DNA of 21,669 nucleotides from a virus (Duplodnaviria; Heunggongvirae; Uroviricota; Caudoviricetes): IMG/VR virus record IMGVR_UViG_2529293061_000008; one strand, 5' to 3'. Shown piece by piece: positions 1 to 8,425 of this stretch (position 1 is its first letter; each line of letters starts with the position of its first letter). The notes under the pieces were generated by a model. It saw only the letters and a program-made list of their open reading frames with translations, ran no database searches and was not told where the DNA came from. The position numbers and the translations under genes were made by a program.

Positions 1-1
1 A

Positions 2-445
2 TTAGCCTCTTATCTTGAATTCTGCTATAACTTTGCCGATGAATACAAGGTCATTAATGTTCATATCAACAATGATATTCCCATAGTTAATCTTAACTTT
101 ATTATCAGGAATTCTAATAACTTGTTTTATAGAATGCTTTCCATCAATGGAGATTAACCAATCACCATCAACTACATCTGTGAAATCCCTCTCAATAAAA
201 TAAGAGTTATTCCCGTTTGATATCACAGATGGTGATGATAAACCATCAGGAATGAACACCTTGTCAAACATTAGTGTTCCTGCATCCAATAGCACTCCAT
301 CAATCAATTTTATTTTTTGAATATTGATGATGTCAGAAGTTAAATATTCATGTTTAGGAGGTAAGCCTGTTACCAGCCACTTTATGTTTACTCCTGTTTC
401 GAGCGCGCACTGAATAACCCAATCAGAAGGGAATGAATCTCTCAT
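2..445 (-). CDS. cI: CI repressor C-terminal portion (largest intact ORF downstream of the internal stop, 147 aa)
   Basis: ATG at 443-445, stop at 2-4. C-terminal region (DGDWLISIDGKHSIKQV...) resembles the 186 CI oligomerisation domain as recalled; lacks the HTH. Confidence 0.6.
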   Translation of the reverse strand: MRDSFPSDWVIQCALETGVNIKWLVTGLPPKHEYLTSDIINIQKIKLIDGVLLDAGTLMFDKVFIPDGLSSPSVISNGNNSYFIERDFTDVVDGDWLISIDGKHSIKQVIRIPDNKVKINYGNIIVDMNINDLVFIGKVIAEFKIRG

Positions 446-568
446 GTAGCGTGTAGCAAGACTGCTTTTTGATATGCCTAGTTGTTAACATAACGCCTGT
501 CTTGTAGTGAACCCATAGGCTTCAACCATCCTTTCGATAGCTTTCTTTCCACCTTGACTAAAATCCAT
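2..568 (-). pseudogene. cI: 186-type CI immunity repressor reading frame interrupted by an in-frame TAA at 485-487 (codon 28)
   Basis: ORFs 485..673 and 2..445 are in the same minus-strand frame, separated only by TAA. Joined translation ...KAIERMVEAYGFTTRQALC*QLGISKSSLATRYMRDSFPSDWVIQCALETG... has an HTH and resembles phage 186 CI as recalled. Likely start is ATG 566-568 preceded by AAGGTGA. Confidence 0.6.
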
Positions 569-569
569 C

Positions 570-643
570 GATTTCACCTTGTGAACTTTATGGTTGACGA
601 TTTCAATTTGTGATCTTATAGTCGCATTGATTTCAAAATGTGA
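570..643. promoter_or_regulatory. Three direct copies of GATTTCA-N3-TGTGA at 570-584, 599-613 and 629-643; candidate operator sites
   Basis: Read directly from sequence; copies are 29-30 bp apart; middle copy lies between the candidate -35 and -10 of the rightward promoter. Confidence 0.45.
594..622 (+). promoter_or_regulatory. Candidate rightward early promoter (pR-like): -35 TTGACG 594-599, 17-bp spacer, -10 TATAGT 617-622
   Basis: Good sigma70 hexamers and spacing, located upstream of apl. Confidence 0.4.
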
Positions 644-694
644 CTTACAACTACTCGTCAATGTTAAACACACTTAAACAGGAGATGTTGCCTT

Positions 695-916
695 ATGACT
701 CAGCACATTTCAATCACATTAGCTGTCCCATCCATTTCGGTTGAAAAGTACAGTGAACTCACAGGGTTATCTGTAGACACTATCAACAGTATGCTCGCAG
801 ATGGACGCCTTAAGCGGCATCGTCTTCGCAAGGATAAAAAACGTGAAAAGGTAATGATCAACATTGCAGCCATGACAGTGGATGCGCTTGCCGATTCCAA
901 TGTCGTAATCAATTGA
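695..916 (+). CDS. apl: Apl/Cox-like small HTH excisionase-repressor
   Basis: 73-aa ORF, AGGAG 10 nt upstream, first rightward gene divergent from cI as in 186 apl / P2 cox. Confidence 0.55.
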   Translation: MTQHISITLAVPSISVEKYSELTGLSVDTINSMLADGRLKRHRLRKDKKREKVMINIAAMTVDALADSNVVIN

Positions 917-948
917 TTCGATTTTGAAATAAAGGGAAGGGGCTGACT

Positions 949-1458
949 ATGTTTGATTATCAAGTTTCCAAACATCCACATTTTGACGAAGCCTGTCGTG
1001 CATTCGCACTGCGCCACAACCTGGTGCGACTGGCAGAACGTGCAGGCATGAATGTACAGATTCTGCGGAACAAGCTGAACCCAGCTCAACCTCATTTATT
1101 AACCGCACCAGAAATCTGGTTGCTTACCGATCTGACTGAAGATTCAACGCTGGTAGATGGCTTTCTGGCACAGATTCACTGCCTGCCATGTGTACCGATT
1201 AATGAGGTGGCAAAAGAGAAACTGCCGCATTATGTCATGAGTGCAACCGCAGAGATCGGGCGTGTTGCTGCAGGTGCGGTATCTGGCGATGTAAAAACCA
1301 GTGCAGGTCGTCGTGATGCTATCAGCAGCATTAACTCTGTAACACGACTGATGGCGCTGGCCGCTGTTTCATTGCAGGCCCGTTTACAGGCTAATCCTGC
1401 GATGGCGAGTGCAGTTGATACCGTGACTGGCCTCGGTGCTTCATTCGGTTTGCTGTGA
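949..1458 (+). CDS. cII: CII-like lysogeny-establishment activator (169 aa)
   Basis: Same length as 186 CII and resembles it as recalled ([19 protein letters not shown]...); RBS AAGGGAAGGGG upstream. Confidence 0.7.
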   Translation: MFDYQVSKHPHFDEACRAFALRHNLVRLAERAGMNVQILRNKLNPAQPHLLTAPEIWLLTDLTEDSTLVDGFLAQIHCLPCVPINEVAKEKLPHYVMSATAEIGRVAAGAVSGDVKTSAGRRDAISSINSVTRLMALAAVSLQARLQANPAMASAVDTVTGLGASFGLL

Positions 1459-1465
1459 GGTGCTT

Positions 1466-1666
1466 ATGCTGACGAAAGAACCATCATTTGCATCGCTGCT
1501 GGTAAAACAAAGTCCGGCAATGCACTACGGTCACGGCTGGATCATGGGGGAGGATGGTAAACGCTGGCATCCGTGCCGTTCACAAGATGAATTGCTGGCA
1601 GAACTATCTACGAAAAAACGGGGGAACAAATGGCTATTGAAGGCGCTGCGGCGACTGTTCCATTAA
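1466..1666 (+). CDS. Small hypothetical early protein (position of 186 fil; identity not established)
   Basis: ATG 1466 with GTGAGGTG RBS; 66 aa. Confidence 0.4.
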   Translation: MLTKEPSFASLLVKQSPAMHYGHGWIMGEDGKRWHPCRSQDELLAELSTKKRGNKWLLKALRRLFH

Positions 1667-1971
1667 GACCCGGTGAACGCCTGAATGGACTTAATCATAT
1701 TGCGGAGTTAAGGGCGAAATTTTTTGGTTTGAATATTGAGTCAGAGCTTGAGCGGTTTATTAAAGATATGCGTGATCCTCGGGATATCAATAATGAACAA
1801 AATAAACGGGCACTGGCTGCCATATTCTTTATGGCAAAAATTCCAGCTGAACGTCATAGCATCAGCATTAATGAGCTGACCACTGACGAAAAGCGGGAGT
1901 TGATTAAAGCAATGAATCATTTTCGTGCAGTGGTGAGCTTATTTCCCAGACGGCTAACCATGCCGAATTAA
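1630..1971 (+). CDS. Hypothetical early protein (113 aa)
   Basis: ATG-initiated ORF overlapping the end of the upstream ORF; same strand as the early operon. Confidence 0.45.
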   Translation: MAIEGAAATVPLRPGERLNGLNHIAELRAKFFGLNIESELERFIKDMRDPRDINNEQNKRALAAIFFMAKIPAERHSISINELTTDEKRELIKAMNHFRAVVSLFPRRLTMPN

Positions 1972-2038
1972 CCAACTAATGAAATTAATGGCGTAAACCC
2001 GCCGGGCATCCCTTTATCTAAATTCAGGAGAATTGCTT

Positions 2039-2272
2039 ATGCGTAATATTGAAACCCTCACGACCAAAACCGGACCGGATGATGCAGGTCTTAATCTTTT
2101 ACTGACAGAGGCTCGTCTGGAAGAACGCCGGGCAAGGGCTGAAGCAATGGCTGCTCGCCTCGATAGCCTGGCGTGTCATATCACCTCCCGCCAGCTAAAC
2201 CACGTCGAAGCGGCAGAACTGCTGCGTGTGACTGCTGAAGCAATCCAGAACGAAGCGCAGGAGATCCACTGA
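2039..2272 (+). CDS. Hypothetical early protein (77 aa)
   Basis: ATG 2039 with CAGGAG RBS; stop overlaps next start (TGATG). Confidence 0.5.
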   Translation: MRNIETLTTKTGPDDAGLNLLLTEARLEERRARAEAMAARLDSLACHITSRQLNHVEAAELLRVTAEAIQNEAQEIH

Positions 2273-2499
2273 TGGCTGATGCAATGGATCTCGTACAGCA
2301 GCGCGTTGAAGAAGAACGCCAACGCCATATCCGTGCTGCCCGTGCCAAAACGCCGGGCGTGTCCCGCGTGCTTTGCGTTGAGTGTGAAGCGCCAATTCCG
2401 CCAGCACGCCGCCGTGCCATTCCGGGTGTGCAGCTTTGCATTACCTGTCAGGAAATCGCAGAGCTGAAAGGCAAACATTACAACGGAGGTGCTGTATGA
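2272..2499 (+). CDS. TraR/DksA-family C4 zinc-finger protein
   Basis: CVECEAPIP...(21 aa)...CITCQ pattern (CxxC-N21-CxxC) in a 75-aa ORF. Confidence 0.65.
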   Translation: MADAMDLVQQRVEEERQRHIRAARAKTPGVSRVLCVECEAPIPPARRRAIPGVQLCITCQEIAELKGKHYNGGAV

Positions 2500-3350
2500 G
2501 CACCATCCTGAAATGGGCAGGAAATAAAACCGCCATAATGTCCGAACTGAAAAAGCATCTTCCTGCTGGCCCGCGACTGGTTGAACCTTTCGCGGGTTCC
2601 TGTGCAGTGATGATGGAGACGGATTACCCCAGCTATCTTGTTGCGGATATTAATCCTGATTTAATCAACCTCTATAAAAAGGTTGCTGCTGATTGTGAGG
2701 CGTTTATATCTCGTGCCAGAGCTTTATTTGAGGAAGCAAACAGGGAGGTGGCTTATTACAACATAAGGCAGGAGTTTAATTACTCCACTGAAATTACTGA
2801 TTTCATGAAAGCGGTATATTTCCTGTATCTCAATCGTCACGGTTACCGTGGGTTATGTCGCTATAACAAGAGCGGGCATTTCAACATTCCCTACGGTAAT
2901 TATAAAAATCCGTATTTCCCTGAAAAAGAAATTCGCGCATTTGCAGAGAAAGCCCAGCGGGCAACGTTTATCTGCGCCAGCTTTGATGAAACGCTGGCGA
3001 TGTTGAAGGTGGGGGATGTGGTGTATTGCGATCCGCCTTATGACGGTACGTTTTCCGGCTATCACACTGATGGTTTCACTGAAGATGATCAGTATCACCT
3101 GGCATCCATTCTTGAACATCGGTCATCAGAAGGACATCCGGTCATTGTTTCTAACAGTAACACGTCTTTGACCCGGTCCCTTTATCGTAATTTCACTCAC
3201 CACTACATCAGGGCGAAACGCAGCATCGGCGTTGCAGCGGGGGAGGGAAAATTTGCAACAGAGATGATTGCCACTAAATCTGCTAATTGGTTTAGTGCCG
3301 ATTTTAGTAGGGGACGTGACTCTACTGTTATTTTCGGGGTGCAAGTGTGA
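2496..3350 (+). CDS. dam: DNA adenine methyltransferase (Dam family)
   Basis: [12 protein letters not shown]-terminus, FAGSCAV SAM-binding motif and DPPY catalytic motif; 284 aa; GGAGGTG RBS. Confidence 0.85.
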   Translation: MSTILKWAGNKTAIMSELKKHLPAGPRLVEPFAGSCAVMMETDYPSYLVADINPDLINLYKKVAADCEAFISRARALFEEANREVAYYNIRQEFNYSTEITDFMKAVYFLYLNRHGYRGLCRYNKSGHFNIPYGNYKNPYFPEKEIRAFAEKAQRATFICASFDETLAMLKVGDVVYCDPPYDGTFSGYHTDGFTEDDQYHLASILEHRSSEGHPVIVSNSNTSLTRSLYRNFTHHYIRAKRSIGVAAGEGKFATEMIATKSANWFSADFSRGRDSTVIFGVQV

Positions 3351-4177
3351 AAGAAATGCACCACGGAATTCATCATTTCCATGGGACGCCTGTCTGGGGA
3401 AGTGCTGGCGACGTTCATCGTATTGCGGTGAGCGGAGCTGGCGCTTTCGTCTCCTATGTACGACCAGATCAGATTGCGGCGTCCATTCAGCACGCTCAGG
3501 TCGTCGGCATTGATAACGGCGCATTTTCTGCATGGGTGCGTGGGCTAAAAATTAACTGGAGTGATTTTTATAAATGGCTCCTGAACTATTACCACCATCC
3601 TAAGGTCGCTTTTTTTGTCATTCCTGATGTTGTGGACGGAGGTGAACGTGACAATGATGCCCTGATAAACGAAGTTCCGAAAATGTTCTACGGGAAGGCA
3701 ACTCCCGTCTGGCATCTGCACGAGTCAATCGATCGGCTTATCGAGCTATGTCGTGAATGGCCTCGTGTCTGCTTTGGATCGTCTGGTGAATATGCGGCTA
3801 TCAGAACTGCGCACTGGCATCGTCGTATGCAGGACGCTTTTGAAGCAATTTATTGCCGACACAATTTCAAAACAGCTGTTCATGGTTTGCGCATGCTTGA
3901 CGGTCGTGTGTTGGGAAATTACCCACTGGCGACTGCCGACAGTACAAATCTTGCCTGCAATGTCCCCAAATTTAATAGCAAATATCCTGAGCTGACGCGG
4001 GCTATTCAGGAGGCTGAGTATTCGCGCAATCTGACGGAAAAGGAGCTGAAAGCTGTCATTCTGAAAAACCGTTGCGCAATTTTAAAAGGTGCAATTGAAG
4101 CTGTTCGCCCACCTTCAGTTTCTGATTGGCTGTCGAATGGTTTGCAGCCTTCACAGCTCGAACTGGAGATTGCGTAA
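3347..4177 (+). CDS. Uncharacterised protein translationally coupled to dam; possible TGT-fold DpdA-like DNA-modification enzyme (tentative)
   Basis: GTG 3347 overlaps dam stop (GTGA); alternative ATG at 3356. Motif order [32 protein letters not shown] is loosely reminiscent of tRNA-guanine transglycosylase; no zinc motif. Confidence 0.5.
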   Translation: MKEMHHGIHHFHGTPVWGSAGDVHRIAVSGAGAFVSYVRPDQIAASIQHAQVVGIDNGAFSAWVRGLKINWSDFYKWLLNYYHHPKVAFFVIPDVVDGGERDNDALINEVPKMFYGKATPVWHLHESIDRLIELCREWPRVCFGSSGEYAAIRTAHWHRRMQDAFEAIYCRHNFKTAVHGLRMLDGRVLGNYPLATADSTNLACNVPKFNSKYPELTRAIQEAEYSRNLTEKELKAVILKNRCAILKGAIEAVRPPSVSDWLSNGLQPSQLELEIA

Positions 4178-6549
4178 TGAACTACAGCTATTCCTGGAAT
4201 GCTGAGAAAAAAGCAATCAATCCTTACGTAGAGACGGAAGAGCAATCTTCAGTTTCTGCGCTTTCAAACCTGATCGCTCTGTACGCTGCCGATAACGAGC
4301 AGGAACAGCTGCGCCGCGAGGCACTGAGTGATCAGGTCTGGGAGCGTTATTTCTTTAATGAATCCCGTGATCCTGTCCAGCGCGAAATGGAGCAGGATAA
4401 GCTCATTAGTCGGGCAAAGCTGGCGCATGAGCAGCAGCGTTTTAATCCAGATATGGTCATTCTGGCGGACGTTAATGCCCAGCCTTCCCATATCAGCAAG
4501 CCACTGATGCAACGTATTGAATACTTCAGCAGCCTGGGCAGGCCAAAGGCTTATTCCCGCTATTTGCGTGAGACGATTAAGCCATGTCTGGAACGGCTGG
4601 AGCATGTACGCGACTGTCAGCTATCCACTTCTTTTCGCTTTATGGCAAGCCATGAAGGGCTGGACGGCCTGCTGATCCTGCCTGAAATGAGTCAGGATCA
4701 GGTGAAACGCCTGTCCACCCTGGTAGCTGCGCATATGAGCATGTGCCTTGATGCAGCTTGTGGCGATTTGTATGTCACCGATGACGTTAAGCCAGAAGAA
4801 ATCCGCAAGACATGGGAAAAGGTGGCAGCGGAAACCCTGCGTCTGGATGTCATCCCGCCTGCGTTTGAGCAACTCCGCCGGAAAAGAAACCGCCGTAAAC
4901 CCGTGCCCTATGAACTCATTCCGGGTTCGCTGGCGCGTATGTTGTGCGCTGACTGGTGGTACCGGAAATTATGGAAGATGCGTTGCGAATGGCGGGAAGA
5001 GCAGTTGCGTGCTGTCTGCCTGGGCAGCAAAAAAGCATCTCCCTATGTCAGCTATGAAGCCGTGATGCATAAACGTGAGCAGCGCCGTAAGTCGCTGGAG
5101 TTTTTTCGTTCTCATGAACTGGTGAACGAAGACGGCGACACGCTGGACATGGAGGATGTGGTAAACGCCAGCAGCAGCAACCCTGCGCATCGCCGCAATG
5201 AGATGATGGCCTGTGTTAAAGGCCTGGAGCTTATCGCGGAAATGCGCGGTGACTGCGCCGTTTTCTACACCATCACCTGTCCGTCACGTTTCCATTCCAC
5301 GCTAAATAATGGCAGGCCCAACCCAACTTGGACAAATGCGACGGTAAGACAAAGCAGTGATTATCTGGTCGGCATGTTTGCTGCATTTCGTAAGGCGATG
5401 CACAAAGCCGGATTGCGGTGGTATGGCGTGCGGGTGGCTGAGCCGCATCATGACGGTACAGTTCACTGGCACCTGTTGTGTTTTATGCGCAAAAAAGACC
5501 GCCGCGCCATCACTGCATTACTGCGTAAGTTTGCCATCCGTGAAGACCGCGAGGAACTGGGCAATAACACTGGGCCGCGCTTTAAGTCTGAGTTGATTAA
5601 CCCGCGCAAAGGTACGCCAACAAGCTACATCGCGAAATACATCAGTAAGAACATTGACGGGCGTGGTCTGGCTGGCGAGATCAGCAAGGAAACGGGGAAA
5701 TCCCTGCGTGATAATGCTGAATACGTTAATGCCTGGGCGTCTCTGCATCGTGTTCAGCAATTCCGCTTCTTTGGCATTCCGGGGCGTCAGGCTTACCGTG
5801 AACTGCGATTGCTGGCTGGTCAGGCGGCAAGGCAACAGGGGGACAAAAAAGCAGGTGCGCCGGTACTGGATAACCCGCGCCTTGATGCCATCCTGGCTGC
5901 TGCTGATGCTGGTTGTTTTGCCACCTACATCATGAAGCAGGGCGGCGTACTGGTTCCCCGCAAATATCACCTCATCAGAACCGCTTATGAAATCAACGAA
6001 GAGCCGACCGCCTATGGCGATCACGGCATTCGTATTTATGGCATCTGGTCACCTATTGCAGAGGGCAAGATCTGCACTCATGCCGTGAAGTGGAAAATGG
6101 TTCGTAAGGCCGTTGATGTTCAGGAGGCGGCAGCCGACCAGGGCGCTTGCGCCCCTTGGACTCGTGGCAATAACTGTCCCCTTGCTGAAAATTTGAACCA
6201 ACAGGAGAAAGATAAATCAGCTGATGGGGACCCCAGAACGGACATTACCAGCATGGATGACAAGGAGTTGCACGAATACCTGCACAGTATGAGCAAAAAA
6301 GAGCGCCGGGAACTGGCAGCAAGGTTACGCCTGGTGAAACCGAAACGGCGTAAAGACTACAAACAGCGAATTACAGACCATCAGCGACTGCAGCTCGTGT
6401 ATGAGCTGAAGTCCAGAGGATTTGATGGCAGCGAGAAAGAGGTCGATTTACTCCTTCGCGGAGGCAGTATTCCGTCAGGAGCAGGCCTGCGTATCTTCTA
6501 TCGGAACCAGCGTTTGCAGGAAGATGATCAGTGGCGGAACCTGTATTAA
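4177..6549 (+). CDS. A: Rolling-circle replication initiation endonuclease (P2 gpA family)
   Basis: ATG 4177 overlaps upstream stop (TAATG). HUH-like HWHLLCF and tyrosine pair in YIAKYISKN, typical of P2 A. Confidence 0.85.
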   Translation: MNYSYSWNAEKKAINPYVETEEQSSVSALSNLIALYAADNEQEQLRREALSDQVWERYFFNESRDPVQREMEQDKLISRAKLAHEQQRFNPDMVILADVNAQPSHISKPLMQRIEYFSSLGRPKAYSRYLRETIKPCLERLEHVRDCQLSTSFRFMASHEGLDGLLILPEMSQDQVKRLSTLVAAHMSMCLDAACGDLYVTDDVKPEEIRKTWEKVAAETLRLDVIPPAFEQLRRKRNRRKPVPYELIPGSLARMLCADWWYRKLWKMRCEWREEQLRAVCLGSKKASPYVSYEAVMHKREQRRKSLEFFRSHELVNEDGDTLDMEDVVNASSSNPAHRRNEMMACVKGLELIAEMRGDCAVFYTITCPSRFHSTLNNGRPNPTWTNATVRQSSDYLVGMFAAFRKAMHKAGLRWYGVRVAEPHHDGTVHWHLLCFMRKKDRRAITALLRKFAIREDREELGNNTGPRFKSELINPRKGTPTSYIAKYISKNIDGRGLAGEISKETGKSLRDNAEYVNAWASLHRVQQFRFFGIPGRQAYRELRLLAGQAARQQGDKKAGAPVLDNPRLDAILAAADAGCFATYIMKQGGVLVPRKYHLIRTAYEINEEPTAYGDHGIRIYGIWSPIAEGKICTHAVKWKMVRKAVDVQEAAADQGACAPWTRGNNCPLAENLNQQEKDKSADGDPRTDITSMDDKELHEYLHSMSKKERRELAARLRLVKPKRRKDYKQRITDHQRLQLVYELKSRGFDGSEKEVDLLLRGGSIPSGAGLRIFYRNQRLQEDDQWRNLY

Positions 6550-6641
6550 TTACGCGGGTTAACAATTCGTACTCTTAATAATACCAGGCATATCAGGCTG
6601 ATGAACGTAAAAAATCGTTTTACATCAGTAAGATTATTATA

Positions 6642-6661
6642 TACTGTAAATATAAACAGTG
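6642..6661 (+). promoter_or_regulatory. LexA (SOS) box TACTGTAAATATAAACAGTG
   Basis: CTGT-N8-ACAG, 17/20 match to the E. coli LexA consensus; overlaps a probable -10 (TATACT 6640-6645) about 45 bp upstream of the 6703 ORF. Confidence 0.75.
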
Positions 6662-6702
6662 GTTATGCATACAGCGTTGCGTGTGGTGTCATAGGAGGAA
6701 AG

Positions 6703-6891
6703 ATGCAGGACTATTTTTTGGAGTCTTTGAAGCTCCAGCGCATTGATTTTTTTCTTAAGCTTGTAGCGGCTAGTGAGTGTAGTGATGAAGAGAAGGGGCT
6801 GGCTCTGCAGTGGGTTTCTGAATTGACTGATGAACTCATGGCAAAAATCAGAACCCACGAATACAACCGCTCAATGGATGTCATCAGCTGA
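6703..6891 (+). CDS. Small SOS-regulated protein in the position of 186 tum (candidate antirepressor)
   Basis: ATG 6703 with AGGAGG RBS; directly downstream of the LexA box; 62 aa. Confidence 0.5.
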   Translation: MQDYFLESLKLQRIDFFLKLVAASECSDEEKGLALQWVSELTDELMAKIRTHEYNRSMDVIS

Positions 6892-6901
6892 GGTGACTTT
6901 T

Positions 6902-7135
6902 ATGCGCATTGAAATAATGATCGATAAAGAGCAGAAGATTAGCCAGTCTACCCTGGACGCCCTTGAATCCGAGCTTTACCGCAATCTGCGCCCCCTGTAT
7001 CCCAAAACGGTAATTCGCATTCGCAAAGGTAGCTCTAACGGTGTGGAACTAACCGGACTGCAACTGGACGAAGAAAGAAAACAAGTGATGAAAATTATGC
7101 AGAAGGTGTGGGAAGACGACAGCTGGCTGCATTAA
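6902..7135 (+). CDS. DinI-family protein
   Basis: 77 aa starting MRIEIMIDKEQ..., ending ...WEDDSWLH; GAGGTGA RBS; resembles DinI as recalled. Confidence 0.65.
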   Translation: MRIEIMIDKEQKISQSTLDALESELYRNLRPLYPKTVIRIRKGSSNGVELTGLQLDEERKQVMKIMQKVWEDDSWLH

Positions 7136-7270
7136 GAAACGTTGCTGGCGTCTGAACTTGCTTCTGGCGTCAGCAAGGTTGAACAACGAGCCCTTGCGAG
7201 GCGTTAGCTCTGTAGTGCATGTCTATGCCGCATGAGATCGCATGATCGTTTGAGGATCGTTTTTGCTAAG

Positions 7271-7295
7271 GCCCGCCAGAACTGGCGGGCTTTTG
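7271..7295 (+). terminator. Rho-independent terminator (GCCCGCCAG aa CTGGCGGGC + TTTTG)
   Basis: Perfect 9-bp GC-rich stem, 2-nt loop, T-run; ends the tum-like/dinI transcript. Confidence 0.65.
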
Positions 7296-7329
7296 CGTAG
7301 ATCATGCAGGTGCATGAAAACCACTACAT

Positions 7330-7348
7330 AAAGCGGGCAGGCGTGGCG
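7330..7348. other. Probable cos cohesive-end sequence GGCGTGGCGGGGATACGAG
   Basis: First 13 nt match the P2/186 cohesive-end sequence as I recall it (GGCG(A/T)GGCGGGGA...); sits between the right-end genes and the left-end portal gene. Confidence 0.5.
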
Positions 7349-7510
7349 GGGATACGAGCGCGCGTTAAGCCATATAAGAGTTATATATTGATTTGATTGC
7401 TGGACATACATACAGTATCGCTCTATCATCTAATAAATCTTAGGGTATTTGACAATGTTTGGATAAAATGGAACCTAACTTATTCATAATCCGCTAAACA
7501 GGGATGTCAG

Positions 7511-8425
7511 ATGCCATACCAATTGGTAGAGCTTAGCCCCGTAGCTAACGATCTTGAACAGTTAGGAACCAAAGAGAAGTTTTGGTTCTATTTCTCCGAT
7601 GACACTGTAAATTTGCAGTTGTTTAAGTACTCTAGGCCAGGTACTGGCGAGCATTGGTCTGAAAAGTGTGCTGCTGAGTTATGTCATTTGCTTAACATTC
7701 CACATGCTAGCTATGATTTGGCGCGATACAATGGTCGATTCGGTGTGGTGACTCAGAATATCATTCCATCTGGTTTCCGGATGGTAATGGGAAATGAAGT
7801 GCTTCACAGTTCGACATTCGATTATCCTGGGCCTTTACAAGCCGGGGAAAAGCCGGTAAGGGTCAGAGAACACACTGTCACAAGGGTCTTGGGTTGTTTA
7901 GATAGGGAATCTATCAAGCCTCCTCCGAGTGTATATGATCTAACCGGGCTAAATGCAGCAGATGTATTTTGTGGATATTTGATGCTCGATGCACTTGTGA
8001 GTAATCAAGATCGCCACCATGAAAATTGGGCAATCATGCTTAACAATGAAACTGGTGAGCAGTTTTTGTGTCCAACATACGATCATGCCGCTAGTTTAGG
8101 AAGGGAGATGTTAGATGATGAGCGTAACGAACGGCTTAATACTAAAGATAAAAATCGACAAATCCCATGTTTTGTAAGAAAAGCTCGCTCTGAGCTATTC
8201 AAAGCAAAAACTGATAAAAAGCCCTTGCTGACTGTTGAAGCATTTCAACATGCAGTTGAAGGGAGAGTTGCCGCTCGCGACCATTGGTTAGGTAAGTTGA
8301 GCGTTTTAACAGAAGATTCCATTACAGATGTGTTTAACCAAGTGCCTTCATCGTGTATATCCGACAGTGCACGTAGATTTGCAACGTTAATGGTAATGGA
8401 AAATCGCAGAAGGTTACTAGAATGA
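7511..8425 (+). CDS. HipA-family Ser/Thr kinase core domain (HipT-like, lacks HipA N-terminal domain)
   Basis: 304 aa; GTKEKF at aa 19-24 (P-loop-like); SNQDRHHENWAIM at aa 164-176 fits the HipA catalytic loop NxDxHxxN (D167, H169, N172); PTYDHAAS (D191) fits the Mg-binding motif. Confidence 0.7.
   Translation: MPYQLVELSPVANDLEQLGTKEKFWFYFSDDTVNLQLFKYSRPGTGEHWSEKCAAELCHLLNIPHASYDLARYNGRFGVVTQNIIPSGFRMVMGNEVLHSSTFDYPGPLQAGEKPVRVREHTVTRVLGCLDRESIKPPPSVYDLTGLNAADVFCGYLMLDALVSNQDRHHENWAIMLNNETGEQFLCPTYDHAASLGREMLDDERNERLNTKDKNRQIPCFVRKARSELFKAKTDKKPLLTVEAFQHAVEGRVAARDHWLGKLSVLTEDSITDVFNQVPSSCISDSARRFATLMVMENRRRLLE

Noticed and set aside
569-673. Upstream GTG start (673) extending the cI HTH ORF by 35 codons
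   Set aside because: The extension would run through the candidate pR promoter and operator repeats and gives a low-complexity peptide; ATG 566-568 with AAGGTGA is a better start.
4126-4176. Upstream alternative start extending gene A by 17 codons
   Set aside because: ATG 4177 overlaps the stop of the upstream gene (TAATG); the extension lies inside the preceding ORF.
5518-6024. 168-aa minus-strand ORF inside gene A, and similar antisense ORFs inside dam, P, N and M
   Set aside because: Fully embedded antisense to well-supported genes, without RBS; typical chance ORFs in GC-rich coding DNA.
6703-7135. Reading the tum-like ORF and the DinI-like ORF as one frameshifted gene
   Set aside because: The second ORF has its own strong RBS (GAGGTGA) and ATG 11 nt after the first stop, so they look like two genuine cistrons; cannot be fully excluded without a 186 tum alignment.
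7141-7180. Possible hairpin in TTGCTGGCGTCTGAACTTGCTTCTGGCGTCAGCAA
   Set aside because: The arms are a direct repeat (CTGGCGTC) rather than a good inverted repeat; only about 7 of 12 positions pair, so not called a terminator.
7223-7429. Minus-strand 68-aa ORF in the terminator/cos region
   Set aside because: Spans the terminator hairpin and the probable cos site; no RBS or recognisable motifs.
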